Counted from the first letter of the stretch, positions 8,265 through 16,881 are shown. The stretch: DNA of 37,787 nucleotides from Burkholderiales bacterium (GCA_020846575.1 JADLDQ010000320.1:1-37787); one strand, 5' to 3'. The notes: generated by a model not told the origin, from the sequence alone. A program made the numbers and translations.

Positions 8265-8653
8265 TCATGAGCGAGCCCGCGCAGCGCATCGAAGCGGACA
8301 GCGAAATTCCGGTCGATCACGAATTCCTTCCGGCCTTGTCGGTGTCCGACGTGCGCCCCGGGCAGCCGAAGCGGGCCACCATCGGTGATCTGGAACTCAC
8401 CATTTACAACCTCGGAGGCACTTTCTACGCGACGGAAGGCTATTGCACGCACGGGCGCGCGCATCTGGCCGAGGGCTACATTGACGGCACTCTGATCGAG
8501 TGCCGCATGCATGGCGGGACCTTCGATATCTGCAGCGGCAAGGCGGTCGGTGCGCCGTGCACGGTCGATCTCAAGACTTACGAAGTCAAAGTCGAGGGCG
8601 ACCGGATCTTGGTCGCCGTGCCGCGCCAGGGGCCGGTTGGCCAGAACGCCTGA
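8261..8653 (+). CDS. Rieske [2Fe-2S] ferredoxin
   Basis: 130 aa. CTHGRAHL (C-x-H) and CRMHGGTF (C-x-x-H) are the Rieske ligand boxes, and the size matches ferredoxin components of multicomponent oxygenases. The start overlaps the cupin stop (ATGA at 8261-8264), which indicates translational coupling. Confidence 0.9.
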   Translation: MIMSEPAQRIEADSEIPVDHEFLPALSVSDVRPGQPKRATIGDLELTIYNLGGTFYATEGYCTHGRAHLAEGYIDGTLIECRMHGGTFDICSGKAVGAPCTVDLKTYEVKVEGDRILVAVPRQGPVGQNA

Positions 8654-8694
8654 GAGTTCAACACGATCATGGAATAGAGCAAAGGGGAAGACTC

Positions 8695-9720
8695 ATGTGC
8701 AATCTCGTGATCCGTCCGGTGTGGGCAGCGTGCGCGCTCGCGCTGCTGACCGGTGCCGCCGCCGCGCAGACAGAACTCAAGCTTGCGACATTCGGTCCGC
8801 CCACGTCCTACTTCTACGTCGATACCGTGCTCCCCTGGGCGGAGGCCGTGAGCAAGGACTCGGGTGGAACCATCACCATCAAGCATTACGGCGGCGGTGT
8901 TCTGGGCCACGCCGGCAACATGTACGACACCGTGCTCAACGGCGCGGCTGACATCGCCTGGGCCCTTCAGGGCACGGTCCCGAACAAGTTCGTCAAGTCG
9001 TCCGTGGTCGAGCTGCCGTTCGCCTACGACGCCGCGGAACCGGGCGCGGTGGCGCTGTGGCGGGTCGTCGCTAGCGGGCTGGCCGCCAGCGACTACGACC
9101 AGGTGAAGCTGCTCGCCGTCACGACGTGGCCCGGCGGTTCGCTTGCGTCGCGTGAAAAGCAGATGGGCAAGCTGGAAGACTTCAAGGGTATGAAGATCGC
9201 CGTCTCCGGCAGACTGCGCGCTGATGTCGTGACTGCGCTGGGCGGCGTGCCGGTGAATATTCCCGTCGACCAGATATATCAAGCCATCGGCAAAGGCGTA
9301 GTCGATGGCTTTCTCGGGTCCATCACAGCCATGCGCCAGTTCAAGTACAACGAGGTTTCCAGGCACTGGCTCAAACTCGAGGTCGTCGGCGCGGGCGCCA
9401 TGCTGATTATGAACAAGACTCGCTTTGACGGCCTGCCTGCGAGAGCCAAGGAGGCCATCGAGAAGCATTCGGGCGAAGCGCTCTCGCGGGCGCTCGGCAA
9501 GTCGAACGACGCCGAGGAGAAACGCGCGTGGGCCTTCCTCGATCAGCAGATCAAGCAGGGCAGGAACGCCCCCATTCAGCCGCTGCCGCCGGCCGAGGTC
9601 ACGCGCTGGCAAAAGGCGGTGCAGCCGGTCATCGACAGCTGGGCGCAGCGTACGCCGAACGGCAAGGCGGTGTACGAGGGCTACCTTGCGGCCGTGAAGA
9701 GCGCGAAATCCGGCAAGTGA
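8695..9720 (+). CDS. TRAP transporter substrate-binding protein, DctP family
   Basis: Signal peptide MCNLVIRPVWAACALALLTGAAAAQ, followed by the DctP-like layout (ELKLATFGPP..., ELPFAYD, EDFKGMKIAVSG, VDGFLGS). GGGGAAG SD lies upstream of ATG 8695. Confidence 0.88.
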   Translation: MCNLVIRPVWAACALALLTGAAAAQTELKLATFGPPTSYFYVDTVLPWAEAVSKDSGGTITIKHYGGGVLGHAGNMYDTVLNGAADIAWALQGTVPNKFVKSSVVELPFAYDAAEPGAVALWRVVASGLAASDYDQVKLLAVTTWPGGSLASREKQMGKLEDFKGMKIAVSGRLRADVVTALGGVPVNIPVDQIYQAIGKGVVDGFLGSITAMRQFKYNEVSRHWLKLEVVGAGAMLIMNKTRFDGLPARAKEAIEKHSGEALSRALGKSNDAEEKRAWAFLDQQIKQGRNAPIQPLPPAEVTRWQKAVQPVIDSWAQRTPNGKAVYEGYLAAVKSAKSGK

Positions 9721-9730
9721 CAGAGGGCTG

Positions 9731-9836
9731 ATCCGCGCAGAGTCGCCTGCTGGCGCGATGTCGAGCGCTGGTGAATCGCACAGGCGCGACCATCCGCAGA
9801 GTCTCCTGCTGGACGGTGTCGAGCGCTGGTGCATCG
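9731..9836 (+). repeat. Imperfect tandem duplication (~60-bp period) at the 5' end of the TRAP permease gene
   Basis: ATCCGCGCAGAGTCGCCTGCTGGCGCGATGTCGAGCGCTGGTGAATCG (9731-9778) versus ATCCGCAGAGTCTCCTGCTGGACGGTGTCGAGCGCTGGTGCATCG (9792-9836). Only a handful of mismatches and one 2-nt indel by eye. Confidence 0.7.
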
Positions 9837-11692
9837 TATTGTCGCGGCGTATCGGTATCCTCGCGATCGGGGGAATGCTGGCGCTCGCGATTCTCACCGT
9901 CGTCGATATCGCGCTTCGTTACTTTCTCAGCATGCCCGTCCGCGGGCTCGTCGAGATAAGCTCGCTGCTCATGGCAGTGATCGTGGTGGCAACGTTCCCG
10001 GTCGGAATCATGGAGCGCAGCCACATCACGATCGATCTGCTCCAGGGAATGCTCGGCCCCAGGCAGGTCAAGCTCGGCGAGCTGATCGGCGCGCTCATGA
10101 TGCTCGTATTCCTGGCGCTCGTGGCTTGGCGGCTGGGCGTCCACGCTCACCGAGTCGGGTTGCGGGCCGACGCCACGATGATCATCGGCATCCCCACGGC
10201 GCCGTTCTGGTGGGTGGCGACGGCGATTCTCGGCCTGTGCGTCCCGATGCAGGTGATCGTGATTGCGAAGTACTGGTCCGAGGTATGGGCGGCGCCGGCC
10301 AGCCCTGAGGACCGCCGCGGTCGTGCCATCATTGGCGCCGTCGTCGCGCTCACCCTGCTGTTGTACGCAGCGCTGATCGCGGGCAGCACGATGGGCGCTA
10401 CGACGCTGGCGCTGGTGGCGCTGGGCGCACTGTGGCTGCCGCTGATGATCCTGGTGCCAGTCGGCCCGGCCATGGGTATTGTCGGTATTGTCGGCACAGC
10501 AGTCCTCACGAATACCGAGGCTTCGCTCAGCACGCTCGCGATCCAGATTGTTTCGTTCCTCGCCAACGCCAACGTTTCCGTGCTGCCGCTGTTCCTGATG
10601 ATGGGCAGTCTGGCGGCTGCCGCCGGGCTGTCCGATGACATTTACGCGATCGCGCACGCCCTGCTCGGGCGGCTGCGCGGCGGTCTGGCGATGGCAACCA
10701 TCGGCGGTTGCGCCGGGTTCGGCGCCGTGACCGGCTCGTCGGTGGCGACCGTGGCGACTATCGGTCGGGTCGGCCTGCCGGAGATGAAGGCGCGCGGCTA
10801 CAGCACTGCGCTGGCGACCGGCACCATCGCGGCGGGCGGCACGCTCGGCGCTCTGGTGCCGCCCTCGGCGCCGTTGATCGTGTTCGCTCTGCTCACCGAG
10901 GCTTCGATCGGCCAGTTGTTCATTGCTGCGGTGGGTCCAGCCGCGCTCGCGGTCGCCCTCTATCTCGTCACCATCTGGTGCTACGTGCGGCTGTGCCCGG
11001 ACGCCGCGCCCGGCGCCGCGCGCCGCGAACCCGGCGCGCTGGCGGCCGCGCTCAAGCGCTGCGGGGCGCTCGCCTTCACGTTCGGCACGGTGCTCGGGGG
11101 CATCTACATCGGCGTCTTCACCATCACCGAATCTGCCGCAGTCGGCGTCGCCGCGACCTTTCTCGTGGCCTTGCATCGAGGCAAACTCAAACGCGGCAGG
11201 TTTCTGAACCTGATCGCGGAGACCACCATCACTACGGCAATCATCTACCTGATCATCGTCGGTGCGCTGATCTTCTCCTATTTCATGGGTCTGTCGGGTC
11301 TTGCCGAGGCAGTCACCAAGGCGGTCGCCGCACTCGACTGGTCGCCGTTCGCGATTGTGGCGCTGCTGCTCGCCATCTACATCGGGCTCGGCACCTTCAT
11401 GGAGTCCTACACCATAATGATCATCACGGTGCCGATCGTGAGCCCGCTCATCCTTGCGATGGACTACAACATTCTCTGGTGGGGCATTCTGATGCTGTGT
11501 GTGGTCGAGACCGGCGCGATCACGCCGCCGTTCGGTCTCAACATGTTCGTGGCCAAGAACCTCGCCGGCGTGCCGATGGCGGATGTGTTCCGCGGAGTCA
11601 TGCCGTTCGTCGCCGCCGATCTCGTGCGCATCGCCATTGTTGCCGCCTTCCCGCCGCTGTCGCTGTGGCTCGTGTCCACCATGTTCAATTAG
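9758..11692 (+). CDS. TRAP transporter fused small/large permease (DctQ-DctM fusion)
   Basis: 644 aa. The N-terminal ~170 aa have DctQ-like helices (ILAIGGMLALAILTVVDIALRYF). A long polytopic DctM-like domain follows (LPLFLMMGSLAAAAGLSDDIY, GGTLGALVPPSAPLIVFALL, ITPPFGLNMFVAKN). The start is uncertain: ATG 9758 has no SD, and in-frame TTG 9839 is an alternative. Confidence 0.88.
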   Translation: MSSAGESHRRDHPQSLLLDGVERWCIVLSRRIGILAIGGMLALAILTVVDIALRYFLSMPVRGLVEISSLLMAVIVVATFPVGIMERSHITIDLLQGMLGPRQVKLGELIGALMMLVFLALVAWRLGVHAHRVGLRADATMIIGIPTAPFWWVATAILGLCVPMQVIVIAKYWSEVWAAPASPEDRRGRAIIGAVVALTLLLYAALIAGSTMGATTLALVALGALWLPLMILVPVGPAMGIVGIVGTAVLTNTEASLSTLAIQIVSFLANANVSVLPLFLMMGSLAAAAGLSDDIYAIAHALLGRLRGGLAMATIGGCAGFGAVTGSSVATVATIGRVGLPEMKARGYSTALATGTIAAGGTLGALVPPSAPLIVFALLTEASIGQLFIAAVGPAALAVALYLVTIWCYVRLCPDAAPGAARREPGALAAALKRCGALAFTFGTVLGGIYIGVFTITESAAVGVAATFLVALHRGKLKRGRFLNLIAETTITTAIIYLIIVGALIFSYFMGLSGLAEAVTKAVAALDWSPFAIVALLLAIYIGLGTFMESYTIMIITVPIVSPLILAMDYNILWWGILMLCVVETGAITPPFGLNMFVAKNLAGVPMADVFRGVMPFVAADLVRIAIVAAFPPLSLWLVSTMFN

Positions 11693-11716
11693 AGTCATTC
11701 AAGAGAGGAAGCCTCG

Positions 11717-12682
11717 ATGTCGACACCTGTGCTAAAGCGTTCGATCACGCTCAACTTCATGGGAGACTGGGGCAACGCCAACCTGCACCGCGCGTTCGGC
11801 TGGTTGAGTTCGGAAATGGTCAACTTATGCGGCCCGCACACCCGCATCGCCATCTGGAACGGAAACGGCGCGATGCGCAATCTCCGGGCGGTGGGCCGCG
11901 GCGAGGTCGACGTCGCGCTGGTGACGCCGGCGCATTTCGTCGCCATGGCCCTCGACGGCCGCGGTCCCTGCGCGGACGAGTTCTACCCGCACCTGCGGGC
12001 TCTGGGACATGTTCCACAGCACGATCGCCTCATCTTCGCGGTACGCAAGGAATTCGGCGTCGCGTCGTTCGGCGATCTGCGCGAGAAGAAACCGCCGCTG
12101 CGCATCAGCGTCGGCCTCGACGACGGCGACAACTTCATGGGTATGGCGGCTCAGTACGTGATGGCGAAAAGCGGCATCAGCCGCCGCGAGTTCGAATCCT
12201 GGGGCGGGCGCTACATCGAGAACGAGACGCCGCGCGCCTGCGTCAACGAGGTGCTTGCCGGCAACGCCGACGCCATCATGCAGGAAGCTGTAATGACCCA
12301 ATACTGGCGCGCCATGACGGACAAGATCGACTTCGATTTCATTGAGATCGAGCAGCGCGCACGCGATGCCCTGATTCGGGACCTCGGCTGGCCGAGCGCG
12401 AGGCTGCCCAAGGGCTACCTGCGTGGTATGGACCGCGAGATGGAGTTCCTCGATTTTTCCCATTTCCTGCTGGTCACGACCACCGACCTGCCGGATGACG
12501 TCGCGTATGGCCTGTCGTGGTGCCTGGTGGAAAAGTGGTCGGGTCTCGAGGAGCAGTACCGCCACCTGCCGCCCGAGCGCAGCCCCGTGTCCTATCCCTT
12601 GGACGCGCGCGCCGCCTGCCGCACGCCGATTCCACTGCATCCGGGCGCCGAACGCTATTTCCGCGACAAAAAACTCCTTTGA
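11717..12682 (+). CDS. TAXI-family (TRAP-associated, NMT1-like) solute-binding-fold protein lacking a signal peptide
   Basis: 321 aa with SD GAGAGGAAG before the ATG, 24 nt after the permease stop. TAXI-like blocks are RAVGRGEVDVALVTPAHFVAMALDG, LRALGHVP, FGDLREKKPPLRISVG and the C-terminal IPLHPGAERYFRDK. The N-terminus MSTPVLKRSITLNFMGDWG enters the first beta-strand directly, with no hydrophobic leader and no lipobox. Confidence 0.7.
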   Translation: MSTPVLKRSITLNFMGDWGNANLHRAFGWLSSEMVNLCGPHTRIAIWNGNGAMRNLRAVGRGEVDVALVTPAHFVAMALDGRGPCADEFYPHLRALGHVPQHDRLIFAVRKEFGVASFGDLREKKPPLRISVGLDDGDNFMGMAAQYVMAKSGISRREFESWGGRYIENETPRACVNEVLAGNADAIMQEAVMTQYWRAMTDKIDFDFIEIEQRARDALIRDLGWPSARLPKGYLRGMDREMEFLDFSHFLLVTTTDLPDDVAYGLSWCLVEKWSGLEEQYRHLPPERSPVSYPLDARAACRTPIPLHPGAERYFRDKKLL

Positions 12683-12732
12683 AGAGACTCTCTGTCCACC
12701 GCCGCCTTGCACAGGAGAGCGTTCGATTGACC

Positions 12733-14031
12733 TCAGAACAGGTCGGGCCTTACCTCCTTTCGCGTCTTGGAACAGATGTCGAGAGCCGCCAGAGCGTAGA
12801 CCTTGGCGCAATCGACGACATCGCCGATGTGCACGTATTCCCGATCGCGGTCCGACAGCGTGAGTCCCTTGATCTTGCGCGCCCCGGCGCACCCGTAATT
12901 CACCGCCTGGGCGCCCATGGCATTCAGCGGCGGCGCGTTCGAGTACCAGAGTTCGTAGGAGGTTTCCAGGGGTCTGTTGAGAACCGCCTGATGACCGCGG
13001 CTCAGCGCCTGCGCGACGTAGTCCTGCTCGCTGATCTCGGTGCCCGGATTGGTGCAGTAGGGCTGGTGTTCCAGCTTCAACTCGGGCTGCCTGGAATTCA
13101 GGTCATCGACGACGGCGTCTATTCGCGCCTTGACTTTCAGGGGTGACCACGTCGGCGGAAAACGAACATCGATATACAGGCTGACTGCATCGGGACTGCG
13201 CGAACCTTTCCACGGCCGCCCCCCCTGGACGGCCGAGATGTTGACCAGTCCCCTGTACCCTTTGTGCTCGGTCGATTGTTCGAACCGGGCCTTGAACGCC
13301 TTGAGTGCTTCGATGACGAGCGGTAACTGCTCGATCTTGTTGGGCAGCCCGCGCGTATGCGCGGTGTGAATCACGGTGCCGCCCGTCAGCGAGATCTTGC
13401 TCCAGAAAGAGCCGAAATGGCCCAGCATGAGCTTGAACTCCGTCGGCTCACCCAGGATCGCGAAGTCGGGCACGATACCGTGCGAAGCGGCGTGCGCGGC
13501 GCCCGCGCCGTTGCCTCGATAGTAGGCGCCCTGGAACTCATCGACCTGCGATGCTTCGATTTCACCGGAGGTCGCCGACAGCATGATGTCGCCGCGCAGC
13601 CTGATGCCGCATTTCATTATCGCGGCGACCGCCGCAAGATAGCTCGCGTGCGCCGCCTTCATGTTGTAGGCGCCGGCACCGAAGATCCACTTCTCGCCGT
13701 CGGCTTCGCCGACCCGCGCGCCGGCGATCGACGCGCCGCCGCGCATGAACGCCTCCCTGCCGGTGAAGGAAACGTCCAGGTGGCCGTCGAACTGCAGCAC
13801 CGGGCCGCCGCCTGTCCCGCGCAGGAGGCCGAAAATATTGGGACGGCCGGGTTCGACCTCCTGGCGGAAGACCTGCAATCCGATTTCGGCGTAACGCGCT
13901 TCCATGTAATCGCCCATCGCCGCCTCGGAACCTGTCGGGCTGTGGATATTCACCATGTCGACCACGTCCTGAACGATGCGCTGCTCGTCGATAGCCGCCA
14001 GCACGCGCGCGGCGAGGGAATCAGTCGTCAC
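12733..14031 (-). CDS. M20-family metallopeptidase / amidohydrolase (ArgE/DapE/ACY1/CPG2-like)
   Basis: Blocks IHSPTGSE, PVLQFDGHLDV, GAGAYNMKAA, SGEIEAS and AVQGG fit the M20 metal-ligand and dimerisation-domain layout. The likely start is GTG 14031 (AGGAG 9 nt upstream); the listed ORF starts at TTG 14052. Confidence 0.85.
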   Translation of the reverse strand: MTTDSLAARVLAAIDEQRIVQDVVDMVNIHSPTGSEAAMGDYMEARYAEIGLQVFRQEVEPGRPNIFGLLRGTGGGPVLQFDGHLDVSFTGREAFMRGGASIAGARVGEADGEKWIFGAGAYNMKAAHASYLAAVAAIMKCGIRLRGDIMLSATSGEIEASQVDEFQGAYYRGNGAGAAHAASHGIVPDFAILGEPTEFKLMLGHFGSFWSKISLTGGTVIHTAHTRGLPNKIEQLPLVIEALKAFKARFEQSTEHKGYRGLVNISAVQGGRPWKGSRSPDAVSLYIDVRFPPTWSPLKVKARIDAVVDDLNSRQPELKLEHQPYCTNPGTEISEQDYVAQALSRGHQAVLNRPLETSYELWYSNAPPLNAMGAQAVNYGCAGARKIKGLTLSDRDREYVHIGDVVDCAKVYALAALDICSKTRKEVRPDLF

Positions 14032-14207
14032 GTTGGAATGCTCCTGTTGCAAAGAAAGTCCGCACAGTGCGCCTGCAAAGTGCGTCCCGGTTCAGCCTCG
14101 ATCCGGCCGGCGCGGCAGGCGCCGTGCCGTCCCGGCGCAGCGGGTCGCTCCAATCCGGTGCTGCCGTATCGCGCCCGATCTCGGCCGGGTTCCACGCGCC
14201 CGGGAGA

Positions 14208-15053
14208 TCACGCGCCGGGCATGCTGAAGCCGCCGTCGCAGATGACGCTATTGCCGGTCATGTGCAGCGCGTCCTGGCTTGCGAGGAACAGTACGACGGG
14301 TACCAGATTGACGGGGTCGCCGATCGCGCGCAGCGGCGTGTTGTCGACCAGGAACCTGCGCCGCTCCGGCGTCCAGTCCTCCCGCTCCTTCAGGGACTGG
14401 GTGTCCATCCATCCCGGACCGGCGAAGTTGACGCGCACATAGGGAGCCAGGGCGAGCGCGTAAGACTTCGTGATGCCCAGGATGGCATACTTCGCAGCCG
14501 CATATTCGGGTGCGCGCGGGCTCCCGGTACTGATGACGTTCGAGCCGATGTTGACGATGCTGCCGGCCTGTTGCAGGTCAAGCATGCGCTGGCCGAATTC
14601 GTGAGTGCAGAACATCGTTCCCTTGATATCCATGCCGAGAATGTGATCGATGACGGGTTCGCGCAGGTCGCGCCACGACATCTTGTCGGCAGCCGTCTCG
14701 CCGGCATTGTTGACCAGCACGTCACAACGCCCGAACTCCTTCCACACGGCGTCCGCGAGCGCGCGCACGTCCTCGAGCTTCGCGATGTCGCAACGCAGAG
14801 CCGTTGCCTTGCGTCCGGATTGGCGCACGGCATCCGCCACGTCCTCGGCCATGGCCTTGTTCTTCACGTAGGTGACCGTGACGTGAGCGCCTTCTCCGGC
14901 GGCGGCGAGCGCGATCAGCTTTCCGAAACCGCGTGACGCCCCGGTAACGACCACGACCTTGTCCTGCAAGCGGCGCCCGGGCGGGGTCGGCTCGCGCTTC
15001 CAGGCGATTTCGCCTTCGACGACCGCACTGCCTGTTACGCTTCCCCATGCCAT
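14208..15053 (-). CDS. SDR-family oxidoreductase (classical short-chain dehydrogenase)
   Basis: VVVVTGASRGFG (TGxxxGxG), the NNAG motif (VLVNNAGET) and YAAAKYA (YxxxK). AGGAGG lies 10 nt upstream of ATG 15053. It has an N-terminal extension of about 30 aa. Confidence 0.9.
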   Translation of the reverse strand: MAWGSVTGSAVVEGEIAWKREPTPPGRRLQDKVVVVTGASRGFGKLIALAAAGEGAHVTVTYVKNKAMAEDVADAVRQSGRKATALRCDIAKLEDVRALADAVWKEFGRCDVLVNNAGETAADKMSWRDLREPVIDHILGMDIKGTMFCTHEFGQRMLDLQQAGSIVNIGSNVISTGSPRAPEYAAAKYAILGITKSYALALAPYVRVNFAGPGWMDTQSLKEREDWTPERRRFLVDNTPLRAIGDPVNLVPVVLFLASQDALHMTGNSVICDGGFSMPGA

Positions 15054-15453
15054 GATGAACAGTCCTCCTGATCAGTGTTTTTCGGATACGCGATGGTATC
15101 AGCGAGACGGCACGGCCTCGCACGTTCGCTCCTGGCGGCCCTTCGGCGAGTCGCGCCGCTCAGACTTGTCGGAGGCGAGCCGGACGCGCCCCTTGATTCG
15201 CGGGGTGAAGGGTCCCGGAGCGCACGCAAGGAGTCGATGGGTTGCCGGGCGTTCGCCGCCTCCAGGGGCGGTACGCGGCTTCAAACCCGCCCGGCCCCGT
15301 GTACCCAGCCCGAACCAGGCGGCAGCCCGGCGCCACGTATCGACGGGCGCGGGATGATCACGATCGATCCTGCGCCCTGTCGCCGGGTTTCGCCCCGAGA
15401 ACGACCTTCCCGCCGCGGATCGCCCGGGCAAGACGAAAGCCGACATCGTCCCG

Positions 15454-16425
15454 CTATTGTTGAAGTTTGATGTTCCGCGCCTTGATGATGCCGCCGATCT
15501 TCTTGCGCTCGGAGACAAGGAACGCAGTCAAATCCTCCGGCGAACCGCCAGCGGCGACGTAATTCATTGCGAGCAGCTTCTGGCGAACATCGGGCACCTT
15601 CAGAACGCGATTGACGTCGGCGTTGATTCGCCTCTGAATGTCGCGATCGAGGTGCGCCGGGGCGTGCAGACTCAGCCAGGTGCTCACCTCCAGTCCGGTC
15701 ACGCCCTGTTCCGCGAATGACGGCACGGATGGCGCCCCTTCGAACCTCTTGTCGCCCACGACGCCCAGCACCTTCAGCTTTCCCTGTCTCACCTGAGCCA
15801 TGGTGGATACGTCCAGGGCCACCTGGACGGTGCCCGCCAGCAGATCGACCACGGCGACGCCCATGCCCTTGTACGGGACATGCACCATCTGGATCCCGAC
15901 TCGTGTCATGAACTGCTCGGTGGCAATGTGAAACGATGAACCGTAGCCGGTCGTCGCGTAGGACAGTTTGTCGGGATTGGATTTCGCGTAGGCGATGAAC
16001 TCCTGCAGGTTGCTGGCCGGCACGGAGGGGTGGACGATCAGGAAGATGGGGCTGATCGCGAGCAAGGCGAGCGGCGTGAAATCCCTCTCCGTATCGTACG
16101 GGAGCTCGTTGAAAAGAAACTGATTGGCCGCCTGCGAGGTGATGATGCCGAGCCCGAGTGTGTAGCCATCCGGCTTCGCCTTGGCGACTGCATCGGTGCC
16201 GATGATGGTGTTGCCGCCGGGCTTGTTTTCGACGTAGACGCGTTGCGGCCACATCGTGGAGAGCCTCTCGGCGAGAACCCGCGCCGTTCCGTCGGCGGTG
16301 CCGCCGGCGGCGAGCGGAACGACGATCTGGACCGGTCGTGCCGGCCAGGACGGCTGCTGCGCGAACGCCGGAGTGGCAAGAAGTGACGCGGCGACGAGCA
16401 GCGTTACTCGAAGAGCGCTTCGCAT
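15454..16425 (-). CDS. Bug-family (TctC-like) periplasmic substrate-binding protein
   Basis: MRSALRVTLLVAASLLATPAFAQQPSWPARPVQIVVPLAAGGTADG... Internal ATG 16425 has a GGGAG SD. Confidence 0.9.
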   Translation of the reverse strand: MRSALRVTLLVAASLLATPAFAQQPSWPARPVQIVVPLAAGGTADGTARVLAERLSTMWPQRVYVENKPGGNTIIGTDAVAKAKPDGYTLGLGIITSQAANQFLFNELPYDTERDFTPLALLAISPIFLIVHPSVPASNLQEFIAYAKSNPDKLSYATTGYGSSFHIATEQFMTRVGIQMVHVPYKGMGVAVVDLLAGTVQVALDVSTMAQVRQGKLKVLGVVGDKRFEGAPSVPSFAEQGVTGLEVSTWLSLHAPAHLDRDIQRRINADVNRVLKVPDVRQKLLAMNYVAAGGSPEDLTAFLVSERKKIGGIIKARNIKLQQ

Positions 16426-16571
16426 TCGAATCTCCCTGTGGTTTGCGTGAAGATCACGCGTCATGGTTCGTGCTGTACATGCTTTGCCCCGGCACAGTCG
16501 TATCGTACGCGGTCCTGAACGCCGTTTGCAAACGCCCTGGCCTCCAGGCTCATACCTCGTTGGAAAAGACT

Positions 16572-16600
16572 TTGACAGTCGTCAGGTAACGCTTTACGCT
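16572..16600 (+). promoter_or_regulatory. Candidate sigma70 promoter of higBA
   Basis: TTGACA (16572-16577), a 17-nt spacer and TACGCT (16595-16600). The GTG start of higB follows 5 nt later, which would make the transcript essentially leaderless. Confidence 0.3.
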
Positions 16601-16605
16601 TCCTT

Positions 16606-16881
16606 GTGATCTCCGGTTTCCGGCACAAGGGCCTGCGCGAGCTGGCGCAGACCGGCAAATCGGCGAAGGTGCGTGCCGACCTGCACGCCCGGACCCTGCG
16701 GAGGCTGGACGCCATCGCCGCGGCGAAGACACCCGAGGCACTTCGGGTGCCGGGGTTCGACTTCCACCCGCTGCAGGGTCGCCCGCAGCGCTATAGCGTG
16801 CACGTGAACGGCCCCTGGTGCATCACCTTCGGCTGGGATGGCGAGAACGCGATCGATGTCGACCTGGAGAACTACCACTGA
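16606..16881 (+). CDS. higB: HigB toxin (RelE/ParE superfamily, plasmid-maintenance killer protein)
   Basis: MISGFRHKGLRELAQTGKSAKV...GFDFHPLQGRPQRYSVHVNGPWCITFGWDGENAIDVDLENYH matches the remembered HigB pattern (F.HKGL......G; LHPLKG; W.I.F.F; DYH). Confidence 0.9.
   Translation: MISGFRHKGLRELAQTGKSAKVRADLHARTLRRLDAIAAAKTPEALRVPGFDFHPLQGRPQRYSVHVNGPWCITFGWDGENAIDVDLENYH

Noticed and set aside
9629-11698. 689-aa minus-strand ORF antisense to the TRAP permease, plus the plus-strand ORF 10708..12345
   Set aside because: The composition is dominated by R, D, H, G, E and Q with no hydrophobic core. It lies exactly antisense or out of frame to a well-supported polytopic membrane protein. It is a GC-driven artefact.
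15054-15453. 400-bp gap between the SDR gene and the Bug gene, examined for a missed small gene or regulator
   Set aside because: All six frames give Arg/Pro/Gly-rich strings without motifs, an SD-linked start or hydrophobic structure. I treat it as noncoding, possibly decayed sequence.
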